DNA from: Bacillota bacterium | GTDB lineage: Bacteria > Bacillota > Limnochordia > Darwinibacteriales > DTU012 | Length of the DNA stretch: 61,615 nt | NCBI GenBank assembly: GCA_012521805.1 | Contig: JAAYLQ010000127.1 | Location: 1 to 61,615, forward strand | Reading direction: 5' to 3' | In this document: positions 27,882 through 36,291 of the stretch, piece by piece | Layout: each line of letters starts with the position of its first letter | Numbering within the stretch: position 1 is the first letter of the stretch | Notes under the pieces: model-generated | What the model was told of the DNA's origin: nothing | The model's input: only the letters and a program-made list of their open reading frames with translations | Database searches by the model: none | Position numbers and translations under genes: made by a program

Positions 27882-28487
27882 GTGAATAATAAACTGGACT
27901 TTTTACAGGAGCTCGGCAATATAGGTGCCAGTCATGCAACCACTGCTCTGTCGCAAATGCTTCAAGATACAAAATTAGAGCTGACTGTACCCAAAGCTAG
28001 AATGCTGTCGTTCGCAGAAGCAGCAAATTTTATTGCCAGTCGTGAAGAGATAGTGGTTTGTATTTACACGCGCATGATTGATATGATCAAGGGCGACATA
28101 GCCTTTATAATGCCATTTAGCTGTGCAGTAACACTGGCCAACCATTTAACTGGAGATGATCGAGAACAGTTAAATGAAATTGGTGAATCTGCACTTCTAG
28201 AAGTGGGCAATATTATGCTCGGCTCCTATATAACTGCTTTGAGCTTACTGTCAGATACAAAAATTAAGCCAACGGTGCCAGGAATCGTGATTGATATGAA
28301 TGGAGCGATCTGGCAAAGTATTCTAGCCGGTGCTGGTGTTACGGAGGCAGTGACCATTTTAGATACAAAATTTTCTACAGCAGAACTTGAGCTATCAGGA
28401 CATCTAATTTTTATTCCTGACAACGCTGTTTTCGAAGCATTGTATCAGAAGGTCTCCAGCTGCTGGAAGTCGGAGGAAACTCTATGA
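27882..28487 (+). CDS. cheC: CheY-P phosphatase CheC
   Basis: A 201-aa protein with CheC repeats (ELGNIGASHATTALSQML, EVGNIMLGSYITALS), directly upstream of cheD. Confidence 0.85.
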   Translation: MNNKLDFLQELGNIGASHATTALSQMLQDTKLELTVPKARMLSFAEAANFIASREEIVVCIYTRMIDMIKGDIAFIMPFSCAVTLANHLTGDDREQLNEIGESALLEVGNIMLGSYITALSLLSDTKIKPTVPGIVIDMNGAIWQSILAGAGVTEAVTILDTKFSTAELELSGHLIFIPDNAVFEALYQKVSSCWKSEETL

Positions 28488-28966
28488 CCGAGGTTTTCGT
28501 TAATATGGGTGAGATCAGAGTCCTGCGCAGCACCGGTGTGCTGACTACCGTTGGTTTAGGTTCGTGTGTAGGGGTGAGTTTTTATGATCCGATTACCAAA
28601 GTTGGCGCATTAGCTCATGTATTTCTGGCTGAGAGCCGTGCCAATTCGGATCGTGACGCTCTCCCCGGAAAATATGCAGATACAGCGATCCCAGCTTTAA
28701 TTGATCTAGCAGTAAAAGCCGGTGCCAGCAGAGAGCGACTGGTGGCAAAAATAGCAGGCGGTGCCCACCTTTTCAGTAATATTACTCCTGAACACCTCAG
28801 TGTAGGTCACAGAAATGTTAAAGCGGTAATTGAACAACTGAACATTTATGATATCCCAATCATCGGAAAGGATGTTGCTGGTAAACGCGGCCGTAAAATG
28901 AAACTTTATGTTGATACAGGAGTTGTAATAGTCACTATTATTGGTGAAGAACCTAAACAGATTTGA
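28484..28966 (+). CDS. cheD: chemoreceptor glutamine deamidase CheD
   Basis: The sequences TVGLGSCVGVSFYD, ALAHVFL and GKRGRKMKLYVDTG are typical of CheD. Confidence 0.9.
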   Translation: MTEVFVNMGEIRVLRSTGVLTTVGLGSCVGVSFYDPITKVGALAHVFLAESRANSDRDALPGKYADTAIPALIDLAVKAGASRERLVAKIAGGAHLFSNITPEHLSVGHRNVKAVIEQLNIYDIPIIGKDVAGKRGRKMKLYVDTGVVIVTIIGEEPKQI

Positions 28967-28977
28967 GGAGGAGCACA

Positions 28978-30042
28978 GTGGCAATAAAAGTTCTCGTTGT
29001 CGACGATAGTGCTTTTATGCGGAAATTAATCTCAGAAATCCTTAATGAACAACCAGATATTGAAGTTGTTGGTACCGCTCGCAACGGTTTAGACGCGATT
29101 AACAAGCTTGAGCGTTTGAGCTGGGATGTTGATGTTGTAACCCTCGATTTGGAAATGCCTGTATTGGACGGGCTGTCCACTATCGAACAGATTATGACTT
29201 TAAATCCTCTGCCCATCTTGGTGTTAGCCAGCATGACAGAGCGCAGCTCGGAAAGCACTATTAAAGCACTTTCTTATGGTGCATTAGATTTTATTGCAAA
29301 ACCATCAGGTAACATCTCGCTGGATCTGCGCAAAGTTGATGAAGAGCTGGTCGCCAAAGTACGTTCTTTAGCAGGTGTGGTAGTTAATAAACCATTGGTC
29401 AGGGATTATCAAAGAGAGCCAAAACAGAATCCCAAACGCAAAGCTGCAGCAAGAGGTGACACAAGTGAAAATATTGTGGTGATCGGTTCCTCCACGGGTG
29501 GACCAAAAGCCCTTGAAGAGCTGTTCTTACGACTTCCTGCCGATCTGAATGCAGGAATACTTGTTGTACAGCATATGCCTAAAAATTTTACTAAAAGCTT
29601 AGCATCGCGTCTAAATAATCTATCTCAGATTGAAGTACGGGAAGCTCAAGAAGGAGACATCATTAAAAACGGCTTGGCATTGGTAGCCCCAGGAGATTTT
29701 CATCTAGAAGTAGACCAGGAAAAGCGGATCCTCCTCAACCAAAATCCGCCTGTAAAATATCTGCGTCCTGCAATTGATGTGACCATGTTAAGCCTAGTCA
29801 ATGTATTTCAAGAACGCATTATCGGGGTTATCCTTACCGGTATGGGCAATGATGGTTCCGCAGGCATGGCGGCGATCAAGGCTAGCGGTGGCTACACTAT
29901 TGTTCAGGACAGATCTACCTCTACAATTTTCAGTATGCCAAAAGCAGTATATGAGCAGGGGAATGCTGATTATGTACTGCCGATCGAACAAATCGCTGAT
30001 TCAATCGTTAAATTGGTTAAACGAATTAGTGAGGGAAGTTAA
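28978..30042 (+). CDS. cheB: protein-glutamate methylesterase/glutaminase CheB
   Basis: A receiver domain (IKVLVVDDSAFMR) is joined to a methylesterase domain (VVIGSSTGGPKAL, VVQHMP, GMGNDG). The start is GTG 28978, downstream of GAGGAGGA. Confidence 0.93.
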   Translation: MAIKVLVVDDSAFMRKLISEILNEQPDIEVVGTARNGLDAINKLERLSWDVDVVTLDLEMPVLDGLSTIEQIMTLNPLPILVLASMTERSSESTIKALSYGALDFIAKPSGNISLDLRKVDEELVAKVRSLAGVVVNKPLVRDYQREPKQNPKRKAAARGDTSENIVVIGSSTGGPKALEELFLRLPADLNAGILVVQHMPKNFTKSLASRLNNLSQIEVREAQEGDIIKNGLALVAPGDFHLEVDQEKRILLNQNPPVKYLRPAIDVTMLSLVNVFQERIIGVILTGMGNDGSAGMAAIKASGGYTIVQDRSTSTIFSMPKAVYEQGNADYVLPIEQIADSIVKLVKRISEGS

Positions 30043-30044
30043 TA

Positions 30045-30803
30045 ATGGATTATGACGCATTTAAGAATTCAGTCCATGATTTGATAAATCTTGATTTGAA
30101 CAGCTATAAAGAACAGCAGATGCACCGCCGGATTTTGCAATGGATCAGCCGTTATAATTTAGGTGATTTTGCTGGACTGATTAGTAAACTGAGGATGGAT
30201 TCGGAGCACCGCCAGAAATTTCTAGATTATTTGACTATCAATACGTCGCATTTCTTTCGTGATCAAATTGTATTTTCGTATATCGAAACAGATGTTCTTC
30301 CTGCAATTTCAGGTCCTAATGCTAGAATCTGGAGTGCAGGATGTTCTATTGGTGCAGAACCTTACTCGATTGTCATGCTTTTGCTTACACACCAACTGCA
30401 GTTTAGAGAAATTATTGCGACAGACATCGATGAGGAAAGTTTAGAAAAAGCCAGAGCAGGAGTCTACCCTGCAAGCCAGATCAACCAGGTGCCGGAAGAT
30501 TTCTTACAACGATATTTTCTTAAAGTTGATGACCGGTATGAACTTGCCGAAGAAGTTAAACGGCATGTCAAGTTTTCTAAACACAATTTATTAATCGATC
30601 CGTACCCACAACACTTTGACTTAATTTTATGCCGTAATGTATTCATTTATTTTACCGCTGAAATCCAAAAAAAATTGATTGAGCGGTTTGTCCATTCACT
30701 AAAGCCAAAAGGATTCTTTATTGTCGGGTCTGCAGAACATATCATCAATCCAAAACAGTATGGCTTAGAACGGGTCAGTTACTGTGTTTATCGAAAACAA
30801 TAA
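30045..30803 (+). CDS. cheR: chemotaxis protein methyltransferase CheR
   Basis: The sequences TINTSHFFRD, IWSAGCSIGAEPYS and ILCRNVFIYF match the CheR SAM-dependent methyltransferase. Confidence 0.92.
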   Translation: MDYDAFKNSVHDLINLDLNSYKEQQMHRRILQWISRYNLGDFAGLISKLRMDSEHRQKFLDYLTINTSHFFRDQIVFSYIETDVLPAISGPNARIWSAGCSIGAEPYSIVMLLLTHQLQFREIIATDIDEESLEKARAGVYPASQINQVPEDFLQRYFLKVDDRYELAEEVKRHVKFSKHNLLIDPYPQHFDLILCRNVFIYFTAEIQKKLIERFVHSLKPKGFFIVGSAEHIINPKQYGLERVSYCVYRKQ

Positions 30804-30827
30804 TTTTATTTAGAGGTGTGCTTGTAA

Positions 30828-32777
30828 ATGTCGAAATCGGTAATATTTCAAGCCGAAACTGTTGAAAAAGCCATTGAAATAGGCTTACAACAGCTTAAAG
30901 TAGATCGTTCCCAGGTTGATATTGAGGTTATTAGCGAGCCAAGAACAAGCATTTTTGGCTTTCCAACCCGTTCTGCAGCAGTTAAACTTACACTAAAAAA
31001 GATAGACAAAGAAGACAAAAATGGATTGGATGGCAGCGTGTGGGTTGATAATGGAGAGCTTAAATTTGCTCCACCGCAAGCAGGTGGCAGATACCCAACC
31101 ATCTTGTTTAATGATTTGATTAAAGTAACGTACAATGGGGTTGGATATCAGCAGCGATTAGAACTGAAGCAAGGAATCGAACCACTGCAAATTATATTAC
31201 CGACAGAACAAGCACCAAAAAAAGATTTAACCGTATATTTAAGCCACGACAAACTAAAGGCGTATATTCATATAAATCGTGTGGATGGATGCAGATATTA
31301 TCTTGAGGACCAGCCTCCTTCTAGATTACTAGAATTAAAATTAAAAAAGGAAACAATTCCTGCTCCAAAGATTTCCACTGACGAAATGCTTGCTAAGCTA
31401 AAGGAAGCAGGAGTCATTTACGGTTTCCAAATCGAAAACCTGCGGGCATCAGTAGAGAACAATCAAGATGAAATTCTTGCTGCAAGTGGCAAACCACCCG
31501 TGCCGCCCCAAGATGGATATATAGAATACGAATTTCAAGTAGAACAGCAAGAGCCAGATTACGATGCAGATCGAATCGACTATTATGAATTAAAACCGGT
31601 GTTATCGGTTAAACCAGGAGATGTGTTAGCAAGAAAGATTTTAGGGATACCGGGTCAGGACGGAATTAATGTTCTAGGTGAGCCAATACCTGTTGAAAGT
31701 CCAAAAGAACCGAACCTGTTTGTTGGAGAAGGAGTGCGCTTAAGTGATGATCAGTTAACCGCGTATGCCGAACGAGCAGGTCTGCCAACTGTTCAAAACG
31801 GTGTTTTGAAGGTGCTTGAAGTATTAGAGATTAACTCTGATGCCAATTTAGAAACCGGTAATATTCGTTTTAATGGCCAGATAATCATTCGCGGGAATGT
31901 GACAGACCAGGTTACCGTTCAAGCCCTCTCTGGCGGAATTCAGATTTACGGCATGGTAGATCAAGCTCAAATTGAGGCTGAAAGCGAAATTATCATCAAG
32001 CGCAATGCCATTGCATCCGAAATTAAGGCAGGGGGTATGAATGCCGCTTATACTAGGGTCGCATCTTATCTGCACGAACTTGGGATTTTGTTCAATCAAT
32101 TGATCCAAGCCTTCATGATTGTAAATAACCGAATGACAACGATAGATGCTGGATCGCTGATCAAGAACTTGATCGAGATCAAATTCAGCAAAATTCCAAA
32201 AATGATTGAGCAGTTCGAACAGGAGTTTTCCGCTATTTTAGATACATTCCCTCCTGATTTCTATACGCTCATGCTGGAATTGAAGCAGTATTTTCTTGAT
32301 CGCGGACCATTAGCGATTCCTAATATCAATTTTGTTCAGCAGCTGTTGGAACATATCAATTTCTGGCAGTCGCAGTTTCAGGAAAGCCAGGATAAGACCG
32401 CGGATGTCCATGTAGGATATCTGCAGAACAGCACGATCAATGCATCGGGAAAGGTAACGGTTCACGGTAAAGGAGTATATTACTCTACAATTATTGCAGG
32501 AAAAGGTTACCATCAGCCGCGGGGCGTCTTCCGCAACAGCCATGTAACCGTTAAGTCAGGGACTATTGAAATCAAGGAAATGGGCAGTCAAGCTGGCAGC
32601 ACTGCCAGCGCTGCAATAACTAACGAAGGAAAAATGATGATTGGGTTTGTTCACCCCAATGTTACAGTAGCATATCGGAATCAGAAATACCAATTTCTGC
32701 AGCCTGCCTCGCAAGTGAAGGTATTATGGCATGATGATGGAATTGTAGTATATAGTGGTAGACAGAAACTATCTTAG
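30828..32777 (+). CDS. FapA-family (DUF342) protein
   Basis: A 649-aa protein with an N-terminal Jag-N-like segment (AETVEKAIEIGLQQLKVDRSQVDIEVISEP). The central beta-helix-like region reads GNIRFNGQIIIRGNV...IIIKRNAIASEIKAGG. Its location at the end of the che operon is typical. The family call is from recall. Confidence 0.72.
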   Translation: MSKSVIFQAETVEKAIEIGLQQLKVDRSQVDIEVISEPRTSIFGFPTRSAAVKLTLKKIDKEDKNGLDGSVWVDNGELKFAPPQAGGRYPTILFNDLIKVTYNGVGYQQRLELKQGIEPLQIILPTEQAPKKDLTVYLSHDKLKAYIHINRVDGCRYYLEDQPPSRLLELKLKKETIPAPKISTDEMLAKLKEAGVIYGFQIENLRASVENNQDEILAASGKPPVPPQDGYIEYEFQVEQQEPDYDADRIDYYELKPVLSVKPGDVLARKILGIPGQDGINVLGEPIPVESPKEPNLFVGEGVRLSDDQLTAYAERAGLPTVQNGVLKVLEVLEINSDANLETGNIRFNGQIIIRGNVTDQVTVQALSGGIQIYGMVDQAQIEAESEIIIKRNAIASEIKAGGMNAAYTRVASYLHELGILFNQLIQAFMIVNNRMTTIDAGSLIKNLIEIKFSKIPKMIEQFEQEFSAILDTFPPDFYTLMLELKQYFLDRGPLAIPNINFVQQLLEHINFWQSQFQESQDKTADVHVGYLQNSTINASGKVTVHGKGVYYSTIIAGKGYHQPRGVFRNSHVTVKSGTIEIKEMGSQAGSTASAAITNEGKMMIGFVHPNVTVAYRNQKYQFLQPASQVKVLWHDDGIVVYSGRQKLS

Positions 32778-32793
32778 CAGACGGAGGAAACAG

Positions 32794-33303
32794 ATGTCAG
32801 TTAATCATACAAGGAAAATAGTCTATTTAGGGCTGATGGTCGGAATTGCAATGGGACTGCATATTTTTGAGTCGATCATCCCGATTCCAACCCCGGTTCC
32901 AGGAGCAAAACTAGGACTAGCCAACATTGCTGCACTTTATGTGATTATTCGTTTCGGATCTAAGGAAGCAACTGCTGTTACTATCGTTCGTACTGTTCTA
33001 GGCTCAATGTTTGGAGCCGGTCTTTTTACGCCTACTTTTTATCTTAGTTTCTTTGCTGGATTAGTCAGCACGCTAGCTATGGGAATCTGCTACAGATTAT
33101 GGTCAAAGCATTTTAGTATCATCGGTCTAAGTACTTTAGGAGCATTGATCCATAACCTTACTCAGCTGACTGTTGTTAGTTTCATGTATGATCATATTGG
33201 ATATTTTACTACTCTGCCTTATCTCTTATTTTTTGCACTTCCAACTGGATTTTTTGTTGGTATCGTTACCCAGCAGCTGATTAATAAGATTCCGTCTCAC
33301 TAA
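32794..33303 (+). CDS. Gx transporter family membrane protein (heptaprenyl diphosphate synthase component I-like)
   Basis: A polytopic membrane protein. The sequence VYLGLMVGIAMGLHIFESIIPIPTPVPGAKLGLANIA is characteristic of this family as I recall it. Confidence 0.7.
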   Translation: MSVNHTRKIVYLGLMVGIAMGLHIFESIIPIPTPVPGAKLGLANIAALYVIIRFGSKEATAVTIVRTVLGSMFGAGLFTPTFYLSFFAGLVSTLAMGICYRLWSKHFSIIGLSTLGALIHNLTQLTVVSFMYDHIGYFTTLPYLLFFALPTGFFVGIVTQQLINKIPSH

Positions 33304-33680
33304 AGGATATTCTGCAGATTAAACATTTCATTGCGGTATATGTGGCTGAAATGCATATCCAGCTGAGCCAGTTCTGCCAGTCCTGACGATAAATCTTGTG
33401 AGCGGATGTAGCTTACTAGGCGAGCTAGGGTCACTTCAACATTTTCAATATCCTCGTGAAGAATATATAAATCCCAATAGTCCTGGGCTTGATTCCATGC
33501 TTTTAGCAGCGATAGAACCTGCTCTTGCGCTTCAGGCCACTGATCAGCAAGCATGAGTTCACGAATCTCATCAAGTTCAAGGCGGGCGTAATTGATAAAC
33601 TCAAGTGTTTGATTAGTTATATAGCTGGCGAAAATCAAGAAAAGAATAATCAGCACCACTGAACCAATCACCAACCGCAT
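33300..33680 (-). CDS. DUF4363-like small membrane-anchored protein
   Basis: A 126-aa protein with an N-terminal TM segment and a helical domain (WPEAQEQVLSLLKAWNQAQDYWDLYILHEDIENVEV). It is the usual downstream partner of DUF421 genes. Confidence 0.62.
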   Translation of the reverse strand: MRLVIGSVVLIILFLIFASYITNQTLEFINYARLELDEIRELMLADQWPEAQEQVLSLLKAWNQAQDYWDLYILHEDIENVEVTLARLVSYIRSQDLSSGLAELAQLDMHFSHIYRNEMFNLQNIL

Positions 33681-33681
33681 T

Positions 33682-34359
33682 TTACCGCTCCTCTCTCACT
33701 TGATATAACAGCTTTCCTTCGGTATCTAAACTTGCCAGGAATACCTTCTTTACATCTGTAATGTTAAATTTTGCTAATTCACTGATCAACCAGTCCTCAT
33801 CTAGATTTATTTCTTTCAAGTTATCATACTGGATCTTTCCATCCAAAATCAGCGGTACAGGCAGGCCTTCGTATTTGGTATCAATTTGCAGATCTTCTGG
33901 AGTCAGAGCTCGCTTTTGCGACTTTGGCACAACACTTAGATGACCGCTGGTCTCCAGAATTGCAAATTCAATATCAGCAATGTTCGGATACCCCTGGATG
34001 CGGAGTTGCTCCAGGAGTTCATTAATGTTGTACCGTGCCTTAGACAGCTCGTCAATGCGAATTTTTCCATTTTGAATCACAATGCTGGGACTTCCGTCCA
34101 TAAATGCTCGAAACGACAAGCTTTTCATGTTAATATAAGAGATAGCTACTTGAATACAGAGCAGAGTAAAAATCGGAACAAGACCGTTGATTAATGGTAT
34201 TGCTTTATCTTCCATCGGTATCGCAGCTAATTCAGCTATCATGATTGCAACTACCAATTCATAGGGTTCAAGTTGGCCAATTTGTCTTTTACCCATAATT
34301 CGCATGACTAATACTACTATTGCATAGATGATAAATGTGCGCGCAAAAACAATTAACAC
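33682..34359 (-). CDS. DUF421 (YetF/YdfS-like) membrane protein
   Basis: The N-terminus (FARTFIIYAIVVLVMRIMGKRQIGQLEPYELVVAIMIAELAA) and the C-terminal soluble domain match YetF-type proteins. Confidence 0.8.
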   Translation of the reverse strand: MLIVFARTFIIYAIVVLVMRIMGKRQIGQLEPYELVVAIMIAELAAIPMEDKAIPLINGLVPIFTLLCIQVAISYINMKSLSFRAFMDGSPSIVIQNGKIRIDELSKARYNINELLEQLRIQGYPNIADIEFAILETSGHLSVVPKSQKRALTPEDLQIDTKYEGLPVPLILDGKIQYDNLKEINLDEDWLISELAKFNITDVKKVFLASLDTEGKLLYQVREER

Positions 34360-34491
34360 AAACCAGCCTCCTCAGAATCAATCCTTTTACTGTTACTATC
34401 TCCAATTATGGTCAAATTGTGCCCGATTATTCCAGCAGGAAAAATATGAGAAGTCAAGAATTAATCACGAAAGAAGGAGGACAGCACAAGA

Positions 34492-35826
34492 ATGAGCAAT
34501 ATAAATACTAACCAGGAACGTAAATTTTACCTCAAAACCATGGGTTGCCAGATGAACGAGCATGACTCTGAGGTGATTATCGGTATTCTCACAGGTCTAG
34601 GTTACAATCAAACCGAAAATCTAGAAGAAGCCGATCTAATTCTATACAATACATGCAGTGTAAGGGATAACCCTGAGCGCAAAGTATACGGTCACATCGG
34701 GGGCTTTAAGGCTTTGAAGGACAAGAATCCTGACCTGATCATTGGTATCTGCGGATGTATGCCGCAGCAGCCAGAGGAGAGGGCTAATATTATTGAGAAA
34801 CTGCCCCACGTAGACCTCATTTTTGGTACCCACAATATCCACCGCCTGCCGGAATTGTTGGAGCGGGCACTTAATGGGGAGCGGGTAGTAGAAGTTTGGG
34901 AGGATTCTCAAGAAATTATCGAGGACCTGCCGGTTATCCGCAAAAGCAGTCTCAAGGCTTATGTAAACGTTATTTACGGCTGTAACAACTTCTGCAGCTA
35001 CTGCATTGTCCCATATACCCGCGGCAGAGAAAAAAGCAGACAGCCGCAGGATGTAGTGGCAGAGATATCAAAACTAGCAGAAGTTGGTTATAAAGAAGTG
35101 ACTCTATTAGGCCAGAATGTTAATACCTATGGTGCTGATTTAGGTATAGGTACAGACTTTGCCGATTTGCTGAAGATGGTTAACGATATTTCGGGAATAG
35201 AACGGATCCGCTTCACAACCAGTCATCCCAAGGATATGAAAGAAAGCCTGATTGAAGCGATTGCGACTCTGCCGAAAGTTTGCGAGCATCTACATCTCCC
35301 TGTGCAAGCTGGCAGCGACCGGATTTTAAAACTCATGAACCGCCGCTACACTAGTGCATATTATTTAGATCTGGTGGCTAAAATAAGAGAAGCGGTTCCA
35401 AATATCAGTTTGACAACCGATTTAATTGTCGGATTCCCTGGTGAAACTGATGAGGACTTTGAAGATACGCTAGCTTTAGTTGAGAAAGCCGGTTTTTCAT
35501 CAGCATTCACTTTTATTTATTCCCCTAGAACTGGCACTCCGGCAGCGAAAATGAAAGACCAGGTGCCTGAGGAAGTTAAAAAAGAGCGCATTTATCGACT
35601 GATCGAACTGCAGAACGATATCAGCTTTAAATGGATGCAGGCTCAAGTCGGTAAAACAGAAGAAATTCTGGTAGACGAAATCATGCCAAAAACTCAGGAG
35701 CTGTCTGGCCGGACTCGTACCAACAAGCAGGTATTATTTGAGGGTTCACCTGAACTAGTTGGTCAGTTAGTCAAGGTGAAGATTACTGAAGCTAAAACAT
35801 GGAGCTTGCGAGGTGTTCTGATCTAA
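34492..35826 (+). CDS. miaB: tRNA-2-methylthio-N6-dimethylallyladenosine synthase
   Basis: The UPF0004 domain (FYLKTMGCQMNEHDSE) is followed by the radical-SAM motif CNNFCSYC and a TRAM domain (VKVKITEAKTWSLRG). Confidence 0.93.
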   Translation: MSNINTNQERKFYLKTMGCQMNEHDSEVIIGILTGLGYNQTENLEEADLILYNTCSVRDNPERKVYGHIGGFKALKDKNPDLIIGICGCMPQQPEERANIIEKLPHVDLIFGTHNIHRLPELLERALNGERVVEVWEDSQEIIEDLPVIRKSSLKAYVNVIYGCNNFCSYCIVPYTRGREKSRQPQDVVAEISKLAEVGYKEVTLLGQNVNTYGADLGIGTDFADLLKMVNDISGIERIRFTTSHPKDMKESLIEAIATLPKVCEHLHLPVQAGSDRILKLMNRRYTSAYYLDLVAKIREAVPNISLTTDLIVGFPGETDEDFEDTLALVEKAGFSSAFTFIYSPRTGTPAAKMKDQVPEEVKKERIYRLIELQNDISFKWMQAQVGKTEEILVDEIMPKTQELSGRTRTNKQVLFEGSPELVGQLVKVKITEAKTWSLRGVLI

Positions 35827-35846
35827 ACGCAAAGGGAGGAATCGGC

Positions 35847-36197
35847 GTGTGGATCGACAGCAATAAAACTCTGATCATGGAACGCAATCGAGATACATGG
35901 CAGATGCCTTTGATTGATGCTTGCGGTTCAGTGGTAGGGCATGTCGTTGGTCAGATTGTGGAGCCTAAGGAATATATGGTTCGTTATTTTCTTGTGTACG
36001 ATCCCAACAGTGAGCGCAGATTTCTCCTGCCCTCGGAGTTAGTAGTAAACATTGAGAACGAAATATACTGTGAGGTCCAACCAAGTCAGATTGCAGCGCT
36101 GCCCGAATATGAGCAGAATCTAGAACGGGACCTTGAGACTCAAATCTATCAAATAATTGAACGAACTCCTTATTGGGAAGAGTCACTAGAACCCTGA
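35847..36197 (+). CDS. hypothetical protein (possibly PRC-barrel-like)
   Basis: GTG 35847 follows GGGAGGA. The 116-aa product (VGHVVGQIVEPKEYMVRYFLVYDPNSERRFLLPSELV) has no confident family assignment. Confidence 0.4.
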   Translation: MWIDSNKTLIMERNRDTWQMPLIDACGSVVGHVVGQIVEPKEYMVRYFLVYDPNSERRFLLPSELVVNIENEIYCEVQPSQIAALPEYEQNLERDLETQIYQIIERTPYWEESLEP

Positions 36198-36221
36198 AAA
36201 GACTACGCAAGTAGTCTTTTT
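36197..36221 (+). terminator. intrinsic terminator
   Basis: The hairpin is AAAAGACTAC-gcaa-GTAGTCTTTTT. Confidence 0.85.
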
Positions 36222-36291
36222 CGTTTATCCACCCTGCAGGAGTTAACTTACTAAAAAGCGAAGAAATTAGGGATTAACGGAGGTGTATATA

